A DNA stretch of 64,000 nt, from the IMG/VR virus record IMGVR_UViG_3300028898_000252, positions 93,946 to 157,945 of that record; one strand, 5' to 3'. Shown one piece after another: positions 1-9,967 of this stretch. Both the position numbers and the translations under genes were made by a program. Source of the DNA: a virus (Duplodnaviria > Heunggongvirae > Uroviricota > Caudoviricetes). The first letter of the stretch is position 1. Each line of letters opens with the position of its first letter. The notes under the pieces are model-generated. The model ran no database searches. It was not told the origin of the DNA and saw nothing but the letters and a program-made list of their open reading frames with translations.

Positions 1-451
1 ATTTCGTCCTTTTGTCAGATTCAATACCAGGAATAAGAGGATATTTTTTAATTTCATTTTCTGTTAAAAACCATAACCACTCAAGATCATATTTATCTTT
101 TTCTTTTTTAAGAAAGATTCTATTTTCTAAAAAGAAATTGTTGCTATAAAATTCAAAAACAATAGGAAAATAGTGTTTTCCTTCAACCCACCATTCTTTG
201 TGATCTATGATTATAGTTGCCCCACCAAGTTTACAGATTGGTTTTTCAACTGCGGGACCAGTTGTTCTATGAAGTTTTTCATCCATAAACCATCTTTTTT
301 CTCCGTCACAATATTGGACACTTGGTTGATCATTTTCTCTTTGATAAAGTTTTCCTTCTTTAAGCCAACACAAGTCTTTATTATAGGTTTCGACAACTCC
401 TGTAAAGTTTTTCGGAGCAAAACTAAACCTCTCGACATATATTTTGTTCAT
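1..451 (-). CDS. Hypothetical protein with LHRxxGPA motif (partial, runs off window start)
   Basis: Hand-translated, absent from the ORF track: ATG at 451, open to the edge. MNKIYVERF...KLHRTTGPAVE...EWWVEGKHYF...IFLKKEKDKYDLEWLWFLTENEIKKYPLIPG. Clear paralog of 456..830. Confidence 0.85.
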   Translation of the reverse strand, partial: MNKIYVERFSFAPKNFTGVVETYNKDLCWLKEGKLYQRENDQPSVQYCDGEKRWFMDEKLHRTTGPAVEKPICKLGGATIIIDHKEWWVEGKHYFPIVFEFYSNNFFLENRIFLKKEKDKYDLEWLWFLTENEIKKYPLIPGIESDKRTK

Positions 452-455
452 GTTT

Positions 456-830
456 TTATACCATATTTAAGTTTTCTATTATTTCTATAAAATCTTTATT
501 TTTTTCCATTCCTGGTATTATTGGAAACTCTTCAATTCCTTTTTCTGTTAAGAACTTAAGCCAATATAAGTCATATTTACCTTTTTCTTTTTTAAGAAAG
601 ACCGAGTGTTCAATAAACCAATTTAATGAAGAAACAAAGTATATATCTCCATCAACATACCAATATTCATTTCCAGCCATATATTTGATGGCTGGACCAT
701 CTATTCTGTGAAGTAATCCATCTCTGTAATATTCAATTGATCCGTTTACTCCGTTTGTCCTATCGATGATTCCCGTATAGTTTTCTGGGGCATCTTTCCA
801 GTATGGAAACTTTAGTGTTGTCTGTGACAT
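456..830 (-). CDS. Hypothetical protein with LHRIDGPA motif
   Basis: LLHRIDGPAIKY...EYWYVDG; C-terminus VFLKKEKGKYDLYWLKFLTEKGIEEFPIIPG closely matches the neighbouring ORF. Confidence 0.85.
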   Translation of the reverse strand: MSQTTLKFPYWKDAPENYTGIIDRTNGVNGSIEYYRDGLLHRIDGPAIKYMAGNEYWYVDGDIYFVSSLNWFIEHSVFLKKEKGKYDLYWLKFLTEKGIEEFPIIPGMEKNKDFIEIIENLNMV

Positions 831-866
831 GTTTTATTGCCTTATTTTCGATAAAATCTCGCATAA

Positions 867-1012
867 TTTCCTGGGTTTTATTGTCTTGGTTTTTCCTGGA
901 AAATAGTTTATTATTATATTCTAGCCCGCTCTAGGCATATAAGAATGACTGTTTAAACAAGAATTCCTAGGAAAACAAGTGATAAATTCAAATATTACAT
1001 ATTCCTTGGAAT
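867..1012. repeat. Cluster of TTCC-W(1-2)-GG(AA) palindromes in an intergenic region
   Basis: TTTCCTGG 867-874, TTTTCCTGGAAAA 891-903, TTCCTAGGAA 964-973, ATTCCTTGGAAT 1001-1012. Confidence 0.45.
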
Positions 1013-1141
1013 TTTCCATGTAAAATCATTCAAAATCAGAAAGAATTTCCTCTTTTAACATTTTTGGTTGGTAGCAGAAAGAGGTCATAAATCAGTATAT
1101 CATACCAACTGATAAAAGGGCTGTAAAGAGGGAAAGATAAA

Positions 1142-1618
1142 TCAAAGCAAGAATAAAAGATTTTCAATTTCGATATTTGAAAGTTCGAAATAATTTTCTT
1201 TTTTAAGATTTGCCATTTTTAGGCGAGCAGACGAGGCTAAAAGATATTTCATAGCAGGAGATGTTTCTTCTCTTGTATAAAAACCAGAAACAATAAGTTC
1301 TTTTAAAATTTCAATTAACATTCCAGGTTTATCAAGAGCTTGGGAAATTGATACATCATGAGGCTCTCCATTTTTATCATGAATTACCACAGATCCTTTT
1401 GTGACAAGTTGGAGAAGTTCTTCTTTCGTTAATTTACTTCCATAGTTTGGGAGATATTTATTTTCACCTTTTAATACTGAGGTAACTTGTTTTCTAATAC
1501 CATCTAAAAGTTTATTATGTGTGGTTACGACAGGATGTACTCCTGGTTTGAAACCAAGTTCTTTATACTGTCTATCAAGATCCTTGTTTTCAAACACTAT
1601 GTCAAATATCTTTATCAT
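1142..1618 (-). CDS. Hypothetical protein, N-terminus MIKIFDIVFE
   Basis: 158 aa ORF, divergent from 1657..2217. Confidence 0.75.
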   Translation of the reverse strand: MIKIFDIVFENKDLDRQYKELGFKPGVHPVVTTHNKLLDGIRKQVTSVLKGENKYLPNYGSKLTKEELLQLVTKGSVVIHDKNGEPHDVSISQALDKPGMLIEILKELIVSGFYTREETSPAMKYLLASSARLKMANLKKENYFELSNIEIENLLFLL

Positions 1619-1656
1619 GATGTTTATAAATACTATTTATTTTCTTATATTTAAAA

Positions 1657-2217
1657 ATGATGCTTTTCTTAAAACAATTTATTTTTGAAAAAACCGATGA
1701 AAATTCTACAGTAGAATTATCTACACTGGCAAATACCATAGAAGATCTTTTCAATTTCATATCAGAACATTTTCCAGGCACAAATTTATATACAAAAATT
1801 GTAAATTTAGTAGAGATAAAATCTACTGATAATTTTTTTAACATTGCTAAAGATATTATCGAATATGGAGATGAGGGTTTTTTTAGTTTGATAACAGAAA
1901 ATGCATATATGAAAAATCTCACAGTAACAAAAAACTATAGTGGCCTTCCATCGGAAATAGAGAAAGAAAGATTTTTTGCACAAGATAAGAAATCAAACTA
2001 TTTTATTCCGTTTGTAACTGGTACAAAACTTCCTAATAAAATCTATCAGTTTAAATTTGAAAAGTATGATTTGGTAGAGTTTAAATCAAAGAAAAAAGAA
2101 GACTCATATGTGAGATTTGCAAAGAATCAAGCACCTATAGTTTACTATATCGATATATCAGCACAAGAAACAGTTCAAGAATTTTTAACAAAAATTCTTG
2201 AACAAATAAATTCTTAA
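1657..2217 (+). CDS. Hypothetical protein, N-terminus M(M)LFLKQFIFE
   Basis: 186 aa ORF converging with 2214..2522. Confidence 0.75.
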   Translation: MMLFLKQFIFEKTDENSTVELSTLANTIEDLFNFISEHFPGTNLYTKIVNLVEIKSTDNFFNIAKDIIEYGDEGFFSLITENAYMKNLTVTKNYSGLPSEIEKERFFAQDKKSNYFIPFVTGTKLPNKIYQFKFEKYDLVEFKSKKKEDSYVRFAKNQAPIVYYIDISAQETVQEFLTKILEQINS

Positions 2218-2522
2218 CCCATTTTTTGTCTTGTTTGATTTGGCATTGTTGCTAAATCATTTTTAAGTTTTCTCAAAATACCAATCATATCAAGAATTAT
2301 TCTGTTTCTTTCTCCAACTTGTGGGAGGCGAAGTATATCTTCTTCCATAAGTTCTTCACCTTCTTCAATAAGTTCGCCACAAGTTTCGATTGTATCTGTA
2401 ATAACTTTATCAACCTTGGTTAAATATTTATCAAGCTCTCCATGTCCTGGATTTACAATTTTTGATAAAAGTCCTTCTTTTAGAACTGTTTTCATTTCAT
2501 TTTTAAATTGAACTTTTTTCAT
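2214..2522 (-). CDS. Hypothetical helical protein (possible head-internal protein)
   Basis: 102 aa, VLKE motif near the N-terminus; tight junction with the upstream gene. Confidence 0.7.
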   Translation of the reverse strand: MKKVQFKNEMKTVLKEGLLSKIVNPGHGELDKYLTKVDKVITDTIETCGELIEEGEELMEEDILRLPQVGERNRIILDMIGILRKLKNDLATMPNQTRQKMG

Positions 2523-2525
2523 TAT

Positions 2526-3173
2526 TTATCGGCCTCTTATTTTATCCATTATTCCACGAAAAAATCCTGGTTCTCTCGTTTTTGGAATATTTGCATCAAC
2601 TTCGGAGCTAGATGCCGTAGTAGCCATATTTGCATTTCGCATTAGATTGCGGGCCTCTTCTGTATCAAAATCTCTTGGAAGTTTAAGTCTTAATTCTTTT
2701 GCTTTTTCTGTTACAACCTTAAACATGTTTGAAATAGCGAAATAAAGTTTTGCGACTAAAACTTTGGCTTCTTTTCTTACGACGGGTTCTTCTGAATCTA
2801 AAAGTGGAAGAACATCATCAACGGCGCCGACAACTGTTTCAAGTTTTTCTGAAAGGTCATTTACTGTTTGAAATGAATCCATTTCGGCAGATTTTAAAGC
2901 TGCTCTAAGTTTACCAAGAGGTTTTGTTGCTTCGCCATATTGACCAGGACCAACATTACCGCCTGTAAGAGATACATGTTTTTCTTCTGGTGCTCTTCCC
3001 CAAACTTCGTTTAAACTTTCGTGAAGTGCAACTTCTTCTTTAGAGTCAAATTCTTTTTTTGCATCTTTAAAACAGTCGTGTTTAAGCATTTCTTTTAATG
3101 CGTCTTTGTGTTTCAGTAACACTAATTCATAGTTCGCTACAGCTTCTGTTAAAGCATTTATTTTTTTAGCCAT
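2526..3173 (-). CDS. Hypothetical helical protein (possible head-internal protein)
   Basis: 215 aa, AGGAG RBS upstream, several L-x-E motifs (ALTE, SLHE, SLNE). Confidence 0.75.
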   Translation of the reverse strand: MAKKINALTEAVANYELVLLKHKDALKEMLKHDCFKDAKKEFDSKEEVALHESLNEVWGRAPEEKHVSLTGGNVGPGQYGEATKPLGKLRAALKSAEMDSFQTVNDLSEKLETVVGAVDDVLPLLDSEEPVVRKEAKVLVAKLYFAISNMFKVVTEKAKELRLKLPRDFDTEEARNLMRNANMATTASSSEVDANIPKTREPGFFRGIMDKIRGR

Positions 3174-3274
3174 TAATAGTTTTCTCTCCTATTGTATTAT
3201 ACAATCAAGAATAATTAATTTGTCGAAATTATAATTCAGAAAAAAGCATGTCAAATAATTAATTTTGTAAAACA

Positions 3275-6200
3275 ATGGCACTTTATAGACATCAAGAAAA
3301 TGGTAAAATTTTTATCATTTTAGAAAGCGAACTTCAAAAAAATAAAAAGGAACCATATTCTGGTGATGACTTTATTGCGCCACTAAAAAAAGAAATTTCT
3401 GAGCAGGTTGGATTAAACAGTCTAAATGCTAAAGATAAATTTCCTATTCAGAAAACATATGTTGAGGGAAATGTTGGTGGCGGTGAGAATTCAATATCAA
3501 CAGTTTCAGAAGAACAAAATACTTTTATTAAAGCTATAGCATCAGAAGAAGCAAAACTGAATTTTGCTACGACTTCGGACAGCGGGCAACTGACAGTTAA
3601 AATAAAAAGAGGAAAATACAGTCCAGCACCAGAAGCTATGGATTGGCAAGATGCTCTTAACGATATTGAGATAAATAAAGAAGAATCAAAAATAAATGTA
3701 TCTGTTGAAAAACTATTGAGTGAAAACAATGTTTACAGCCCCTCAAATCCAATAATAAAAGAAAACGACCCAGATGAAAATAAAATTGTTTTAGGAACAA
3801 TAGCGTATAAAACACTTGGAGTTCATGGTCCAAGAAAATTTCCTTCGACTGTAGAATCAGATCCTAAAATAAATCAACTTACAATTGAAGATATGAAATC
3901 TGTTGGATTGAAAATTCTTTTGGCAAGTTCTGGAGAATCTAACTCTGCAATAACAAATTCAGCAGGAAATAGTATAGCTGCTATCGATGCTGCAAACCTA
4001 GTTCCTAGCGCGACAGAATTAGGTAGCAAAATTACATTTGGTTTGACAAAAGCTTCAAAAATTCTTGAAGATATAAAACCTGGATTTAAAGCAACTGATA
4101 ACGGAGATTCTGTAATAGACAATTCTTATTCGATTACCTCTTTTGGGAGCCCAAACAATCCTTTTAAACCTTTTACTGGTACAGGCTCACCTTTATCTTT
4201 AGCAAAAACACTAGCAACGTTAACAACAATATCTTTTTTGCTTAAAAAGATCGCAATATCATTAAACCTAACAGGAAGAACTCAAGGCGATCACCTAGCA
4301 AATGGAAGTTCAAGAGACCGCCAAAAATTATTTGGAAGTTCAACAGCTAATGCTGGTTCTGATTTGTTACAAAACATATTAGATCCATTTGAATTACCTC
4401 AAATTACAAATGACTTCTTTTTATCAATAGATGCTGGATTTAAACAATTCTTTGGACTAGGTGATTCCCTTATTAGTTCGATAAGAGCTTCTGAAGACAT
4501 TACAAGTATGAAAAACTTCGGATATTATTCAATTTTTATTCGAAAATTAAATGCTGGTATACAAGAATTGATTTTAGGTGGATTTGGTTCGTTGTTACAA
4601 AATGTGAATCTTGGACAAGGATCAGAAATAAGAGAAACCCTTTCGCCAGAAAACTTAATGGAAAAACTTAAGTCAAATTTCGTGCTTAAATTTATTAAGT
4701 TTTTAGCCTTGATTGGAGATAAAGTTTTGATTGTAAATGAATTACAACAACAATCTCCTGTTCCTGGTTTAGAAACCACAATATCCGCAATAGATGGTAT
4801 ACAAGAAAAAATTTCAAATGATGATCAAAGAGTAAATCCTGGTATTTTTGTTGTTAAACATCGTTTAGATCAAACCAATGGTGGAACTGCGTATGCTAAT
4901 AGCAATTTACAGTCTATGCTTTTGATGCCGCAATCTATTATAGAGGCAGATAAACTTTTAAACGGAGAAGAGAATCCAGCGGCAAAAGCTACAAGAAAAC
5001 TTTCAGAATCAAATGTTGTTCATACGAACGATTACATAAATGGAAGAATTCCAAAAGCTGAAGTTAAAAAAATGGAAGATTATCTTGAAAGAGATTATAT
5101 GCCATTTTATTTTCATGATTTAAGAACAAATGAAATTATTTCATTTCATGCTTTTTTAGATTCTGCCTCTGACAGTATTCAAGCAGAATATAATGAAGTT
5201 GAAGGATATGGAAGAATTGGTGTTGTTCCAATTTATAAAAATACAAAAAGAAGTATAAGTTTTTCTTTTAAAGTATTAGCAGTAAATGATTCCGATCACG
5301 ATCAAATGTGGTATAAATTAAATCGTCTTGCTGCATGTTTGCATCCTCAATATTCCGAAGGACGTATTTTATCCCACCAAGGAAATAAATTTATTCAACC
5401 ATTTTCTCAAGTTTTTGCGGCAACACCTCTTATAAGATTAAGACTTGGCGATTTATGGAAATCGAATTATTCTAAGCTTGCTGTTGCTAGACTGTTTGGT
5501 TTGTCTGGACAAATTCAAGGCAGAGAAGAAACATTTAAACTAGCAACCGAAAGACAAATATCTATTAGACAGCCAACTGATAATATTCGTGCCCAACAAC
5601 AAAGACGAAACAATGAAGCTGCAACTTTACGCAGACCATTACAGCCTGGAGATTCTGTGGAGATTCGACCAACTTCTAATAAAAACCGATGGCCTGTTGT
5701 TGTTCCAAATGATTCTGTTTCGACAAATGCAAGACAACTCGGGCAACAAATTGGACAATATAGAATTGTTCCTGGTGCTTTTTTATACATTCCTTCTGGT
5801 TACGTTCGAGGAGAAATTGTTGAGTTCCACCCTTCCACAAGAGGAACAGGAAATAACTATCTCGTAAGAATAACAGACACAAGACCCGACGGACAACAGC
5901 TTGGTTTTAGAACAATTTCTGGAAATCGTCGTGGTCAAAGTCCAACATCGCTATTTAACATGGTTAACGACGATCCAACAGGGGATGTTGTGTGTGTCAA
6001 TCCAGACAGGTTAACTAGAATTCTGCCTCCAAGAGAAAATGTGGAACCAGCAGATCCAATAACCCAAAGAGAAACTATTAACACAACCGTTGCAGATTTT
6101 TTTAAATGCGATGGAGAGAACGCAAATCCAATTATGAAAGCCTTTTGTACAACAGAAGGTAAAGGACTTGCTTGTGTTATAAAATCAATGAATTTTGAAA

Positions 6201-6463
6201 ACATTATGGATGCTCCTTGGATAACAGATAAATTTGATGGAAGAGTTCCTTCTCTTGTTACCGTTAATATGGAAATAACGCCAATTTATGATATAAATCC
6301 AGGATTAGATTATAAAGGTGCAATGACTGCACCAATATGGCCATCTGGTCAAATTGTTACAAATTTAATGGGAAAGAATCACTCTTCAGATGAAGGCCAT
6401 AAAAACTTTCACCAAAGCAGAGTTGTGTATAACTTTCCATCTGTAAGAGGTCCTAGAACATGA
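3275..6463 (+). CDS. Baseplate / tail tube initiator-like protein with long N-terminal extension
   Basis: PFYFHDLRTNEIISFHAFLDS...EGYGRIGVVPIYKNTKRSISFSFKV resembles gp48/gp54-like tube-initiator domains; lies just upstream of the LysM-like and hub genes. Confidence 0.6.
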   Translation: MALYRHQENGKIFIILESELQKNKKEPYSGDDFIAPLKKEISEQVGLNSLNAKDKFPIQKTYVEGNVGGGENSISTVSEEQNTFIKAIASEEAKLNFATTSDSGQLTVKIKRGKYSPAPEAMDWQDALNDIEINKEESKINVSVEKLLSENNVYSPSNPIIKENDPDENKIVLGTIAYKTLGVHGPRKFPSTVESDPKINQLTIEDMKSVGLKILLASSGESNSAITNSAGNSIAAIDAANLVPSATELGSKITFGLTKASKILEDIKPGFKATDNGDSVIDNSYSITSFGSPNNPFKPFTGTGSPLSLAKTLATLTTISFLLKKIAISLNLTGRTQGDHLANGSSRDRQKLFGSSTANAGSDLLQNILDPFELPQITNDFFLSIDAGFKQFFGLGDSLISSIRASEDITSMKNFGYYSIFIRKLNAGIQELILGGFGSLLQNVNLGQGSEIRETLSPENLMEKLKSNFVLKFIKFLALIGDKVLIVNELQQQSPVPGLETTISAIDGIQEKISNDDQRVNPGIFVVKHRLDQTNGGTAYANSNLQSMLLMPQSIIEADKLLNGEENPAAKATRKLSESNVVHTNDYINGRIPKAEVKKMEDYLERDYMPFYFHDLRTNEIISFHAFLDSASDSIQAEYNEVEGYGRIGVVPIYKNTKRSISFSFKVLAVNDSDHDQMWYKLNRLAACLHPQYSEGRILSHQGNKFIQPFSQVFAATPLIRLRLGDLWKSNYSKLAVARLFGLSGQIQGREETFKLATERQISIRQPTDNIRAQQQRRNNEAATLRRPLQPGDSVEIRPTSNKNRWPVVVPNDSVSTNARQLGQQIGQYRIVPGAFLYIPSGYVRGEIVEFHPSTRGTGNNYLVRITDTRPDGQQLGFRTISGNRRGQSPTSLFNMVNDDPTGDVVCVNPDRLTRILPPRENVEPADPITQRETINTTVADFFKCDGENANPIMKAFCTTEGKGLACVIKSMNFENIMDAPWITDKFDGRVPSLVTVNMEITPIYDINPGLDYKGAMTAPIWPSGQIVTNLMGKNHSSDEGHKNFHQSRVVYNFPSVRGPRT

Positions 6464-6741
6464 GATATGACAAATCACCACTTTTAAATTTCGGTACACA
6501 ATATGGAACATCCGAATTTATTCCCAAAATTAGAAAAGCGATTGAAACAGGACAAATACGCTATGAAGAACATATTTTAACTGGACGAGAGCGTCTTGAT
6601 ACTTTAGCTGCTCAATATTATGGGGATTCTTTTAAATATGATATTTTAGCCGCCGCTTCAAACATTGGTAACTGTTTACAGGTTCCTCCTGGTACTGTTG
6701 TTATTATTCCCAATTTAGAAGATATTGATCTCATTACTTAA
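6460..6741 (+). CDS. LysM-like baseplate wedge / tail X-like protein
   Basis: GRERLDTLAAQYYGDS...ILAAASNI...VPPGTVVIIP. Confidence 0.75.
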   Translation: MRYDKSPLLNFGTQYGTSEFIPKIRKAIETGQIRYEEHILTGRERLDTLAAQYYGDSFKYDILAAASNIGNCLQVPPGTVVIIPNLEDIDLIT

Positions 6742-6748
6742 CTGTGAG

Positions 6749-9700
6749 ATGGTAAAAAAATTAGATAAAATATATTATTACAAAGCTGTTGAGAAACTTG
6801 CGCCATATTTTGGCGTTTTAACAACAAAGGATTTGTCTTCGGCAATTGCCCTCGAACAGCTACAGGGGTTGTCAAATAATATAAGAAATATTGATAGTTC
6901 AATTCAACCATCTCAAGCCGAAGCAAAAATTGTAGACCTGATTATTAATACTAGAGAAGGTGCGCTTCCAGTAATTGATGAAGTTAGAAACCGCACAGCC
7001 ACAGGTGCAACTGGTCAAATTATTGACGGAGTTCGCAGAACTCCACCAACAGAATACCCAGAATCTTCAAGAAATGATTTACATACGGCTCTAGATTATT
7101 ATACGAGAGGCTCAAACACTATAAATCAAGCGGATTTACAATCGAAAATTAGTAATTTTGTAAAACTTCACCATAGTTCAAAACTTAATGAAAATCAATT
7201 TTCTACTGCCGATATTGGAGAAATGTTAAACAAACAAGACGACGATAATATAGTTAAAAAACTTTCAGCGATTGAAATTTTCAGTCCAAATATTTCTCCG
7301 TCGGCAAAAGATACAGAAGGACTTTCTATTTTATTTAATGGTATACCAAATATAGAGCTTAGCAGACTTATTCCATATCTCGATGTTCAGTTTATGTTTG
7401 GAAAGCCCACAACTGATTACGATGGAAACTTATCGGCACCTTCTATTTTTAAATTTTTAGAAGGTGCTGTAAAAGTAAGAGACAACTCTACTTTAGCACT
7501 TTTAGCCAAAGGAAATCAAGTCGAAGGAAGAATTGAGGGTGCGCGCAACGATACTGGAAATCTTGCTATTGCTGGAATGGAGCTTTTCACTTCTCCGCAA
7601 ACTATGGTTAACGCCGACACTCCTAATCCAAAATATAACAGATTAAACAGTTCTACAAATGAATATAATTTAAGATCAACATCTGTTATTGATAAATTTC
7701 GCCCATTTTTAAGTTTCAAACAACTTTCAATTGACGTTGCCCCATCTGTTGGTTTATTTTCATTTAAAACAGCAAAAATGGAATTTATTTTGCATGATAG
7801 AAGTAGACTGCATGAAATTGCAGATTTGGTTAAACCTGATTTATATGGAACAACAGAATTAATGGTTGAATATGGATGGGCACATCCTGATGGAGCCGAA
7901 TTGAACAATTCTTATGCTGATTTATTTAATTCCACAAGAATAAAAGAAAAATATGGAATAAAAAATGTCCAATTTACTTTTGATGAAGTAGGTCAAGTTA
8001 ATATAACTCTCGAACTTTTTACAAAAGGTGGAACAGATATTTATACCTCAAATATTGCAACAGCTTCGGAAGCGACGCGGCAATCAATTGTAAGAATTCA
8101 AGAACTTAGTGATATAATTTCAAGATTTAGACAAGCAATTCCAAATCAATCTAGTGGGAATACAGCCTCAAGAGAAATTAGAGGAATTCAAGCATTAGAT
8201 ACTGCATCAGATATTCAATCAAACATTAGACTATCCCCAGAAATTATTAATCAAATAAGAGAATTAAAACAAAGTTTAGGCCCTATTTCTTCGCGAAATA
8301 GAGACGTTTCTGCACTTTTAGATTCTTTAACGTCTATGTTTCAAACAATAAATCAAAATAGAAATACTAGAGGGAATAATAGACAAGCGGGACAAACTTC
8401 TGCTCTCGAACAATTATCAAATTCAATTCAGTCGGATATAAGGCAACAGTTTTCTATTCTTAAAGATGGATACGACCCATTCTATCCAGTTGGATTTGAA
8501 TTGCCTGATAGAAGAATTCAGGGAGCTCCTGTAAGAAGACCCTCAGAAACTTTCAGAAGGGTATTAAGAAGCGGCGATGGCGCTAATCAAAGACAACAGA
8601 CTGTTCCTGGGCAAAATATTTCTAATAACCTATTAAATGAATTTAACAATGAACAAATATCGCTTGGTAAATTATTAATGACATTTATTGGACAACCACT
8701 TGCGGCAACAGGAAAGTACGACGAAATACAATTTGTTTTTTATCCTTTTAACAATTATTCTGGATACGCTAGGTTTTTGCACACTGGGCAATTTATGATT
8801 GATTTAAGGTTCATGATTGAGCAATACTTTCGATTTAGAATGGAATCTGTTTCTCGCGCGGCCAACGTGAACTTGAATGACTTTATGCAATTTATTCAAT
8901 CAACAATTATAGATGATCCCGCCGCACCTGTTTACGGTGTTGATGATTTTTATGAAAAAACAGTTGATAGAAATACAAACCAACCTCAAACAACTGCAAG
9001 ATTCGACGCTGTTAGACTTCAAACTGAAATAAGCGAAAGGTTGCGAAACATAACACCAGATGGAACCTTTAAACAACCAACAATAGAACTTTATATTGAA
9101 AGTATTCCTCGAAAAAATTTCGTCCCAAATTCACTAGAAGAAACAATAGACAATTCTAAAACAATTCTAAAAATTCATGTCTATGACAAACAAGCATCAC
9201 AGTATGAAGGTCTTGGAAGTATTTTAGAAATTGCAAGAGACAATACCCTTTCTGCTTTTTCAACAATAACTGCTGATTCAACAAACCAAAATTCTAGAAT
9301 TGGTCAAGCCCAAAAACAACAAATAGAACAAATAATAGGTAGTGCTGTAAGAAATGGTTTAATTGAAAGAATAGAACCATCAAGGAGAGAGCTTAATCCT
9401 GATGGTAGATATTCCTATTATAAATTTGTTGGAAGTCAAGGAAAACTCAAAGAATTTATAATGAAGACAATGCCATACATTATATATGGATGTGCGGGAA
9501 CAACAATTCAAACAGCAACCCTTACATCCCAAAATGACCCTGCTTTATCTTCTGTTAACATGATACGAAGCACAAATGCCAATCCTCAAAGAGCAAACGG
9601 CGAACAACCTGGTGGATTACCTATACAAATTATTCCTGCGGAATTGAATGTCTCTTGTTTTGGAAATACGTTAATCAATTTCGCGCAAAGAGTTTTTATA

Positions 9701-9904
9701 GATTTTCAGACAGGAACAACCGTAGATAACATTTATGTTGTAAATGGTCTTAATCACACAATAACGCAAGGTGAGTTTAAAACAGACATAAAATTTGTAT
9801 TTTACGATGGATATGGAAAGTATCGCTCATTTATCGATCAGGTAAATGCATTTACAGTTCAATTAGATGATATTTCCCGTTCAAATTCAAATAGAAGAGT
9901 CTAA
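6749..9904 (+). CDS. Baseplate hub protein (gp27/GpD-like)
   Basis: C-terminal ELNVSCFGNTLINFAQRVFIDF...IYVVNGLNHTITQGEFKTDIKF; MVEYGWAHP; ATG at 6749 preferred over the TTG at 6725. Confidence 0.65.
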   Translation: MVKKLDKIYYYKAVEKLAPYFGVLTTKDLSSAIALEQLQGLSNNIRNIDSSIQPSQAEAKIVDLIINTREGALPVIDEVRNRTATGATGQIIDGVRRTPPTEYPESSRNDLHTALDYYTRGSNTINQADLQSKISNFVKLHHSSKLNENQFSTADIGEMLNKQDDDNIVKKLSAIEIFSPNISPSAKDTEGLSILFNGIPNIELSRLIPYLDVQFMFGKPTTDYDGNLSAPSIFKFLEGAVKVRDNSTLALLAKGNQVEGRIEGARNDTGNLAIAGMELFTSPQTMVNADTPNPKYNRLNSSTNEYNLRSTSVIDKFRPFLSFKQLSIDVAPSVGLFSFKTAKMEFILHDRSRLHEIADLVKPDLYGTTELMVEYGWAHPDGAELNNSYADLFNSTRIKEKYGIKNVQFTFDEVGQVNITLELFTKGGTDIYTSNIATASEATRQSIVRIQELSDIISRFRQAIPNQSSGNTASREIRGIQALDTASDIQSNIRLSPEIINQIRELKQSLGPISSRNRDVSALLDSLTSMFQTINQNRNTRGNNRQAGQTSALEQLSNSIQSDIRQQFSILKDGYDPFYPVGFELPDRRIQGAPVRRPSETFRRVLRSGDGANQRQQTVPGQNISNNLLNEFNNEQISLGKLLMTFIGQPLAATGKYDEIQFVFYPFNNYSGYARFLHTGQFMIDLRFMIEQYFRFRMESVSRAANVNLNDFMQFIQSTIIDDPAAPVYGVDDFYEKTVDRNTNQPQTTARFDAVRLQTEISERLRNITPDGTFKQPTIELYIESIPRKNFVPNSLEETIDNSKTILKIHVYDKQASQYEGLGSILEIARDNTLSAFSTITADSTNQNSRIGQAQKQQIEQIIGSAVRNGLIERIEPSRRELNPDGRYSYYKFVGSQGKLKEFIMKTMPYIIYGCAGTTIQTATLTSQNDPALSSVNMIRSTNANPQRANGEQPGGLPIQIIPAELNVSCFGNTLINFAQRVFIDFQTGTTVDNIYVVNGLNHTITQGEFKTDIKFVFYDGYGKYRSFIDQVNAFTVQLDDISRSNSNRRV

Positions 9905-9967
9905 TTTCCTCGACCTTGACACTCCTCGCGTTCGTGCTTACGAGTAGCCAGCTAGGAGCAAAAAATC

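Noticed and set aside
211-438. 75 aa ORF from the track
   Set aside because: Shadow of the true same-strand gene (<1..451) in another frame, which has clear paralog support.
1-830. Diversity-generating retroelement target/template pair
   Set aside because: No reverse transcriptase in the window, and the paralogs differ at all bases rather than only at adenines.
9916-9940. CIRCE-like element or sigma70 promoter before dnaJ (TTGACACTC...TCGTGCTTA)
   Set aside because: Arms are degenerate, the spacer is 7 rather than 9 nt, and there is no good -10 at 17 nt.
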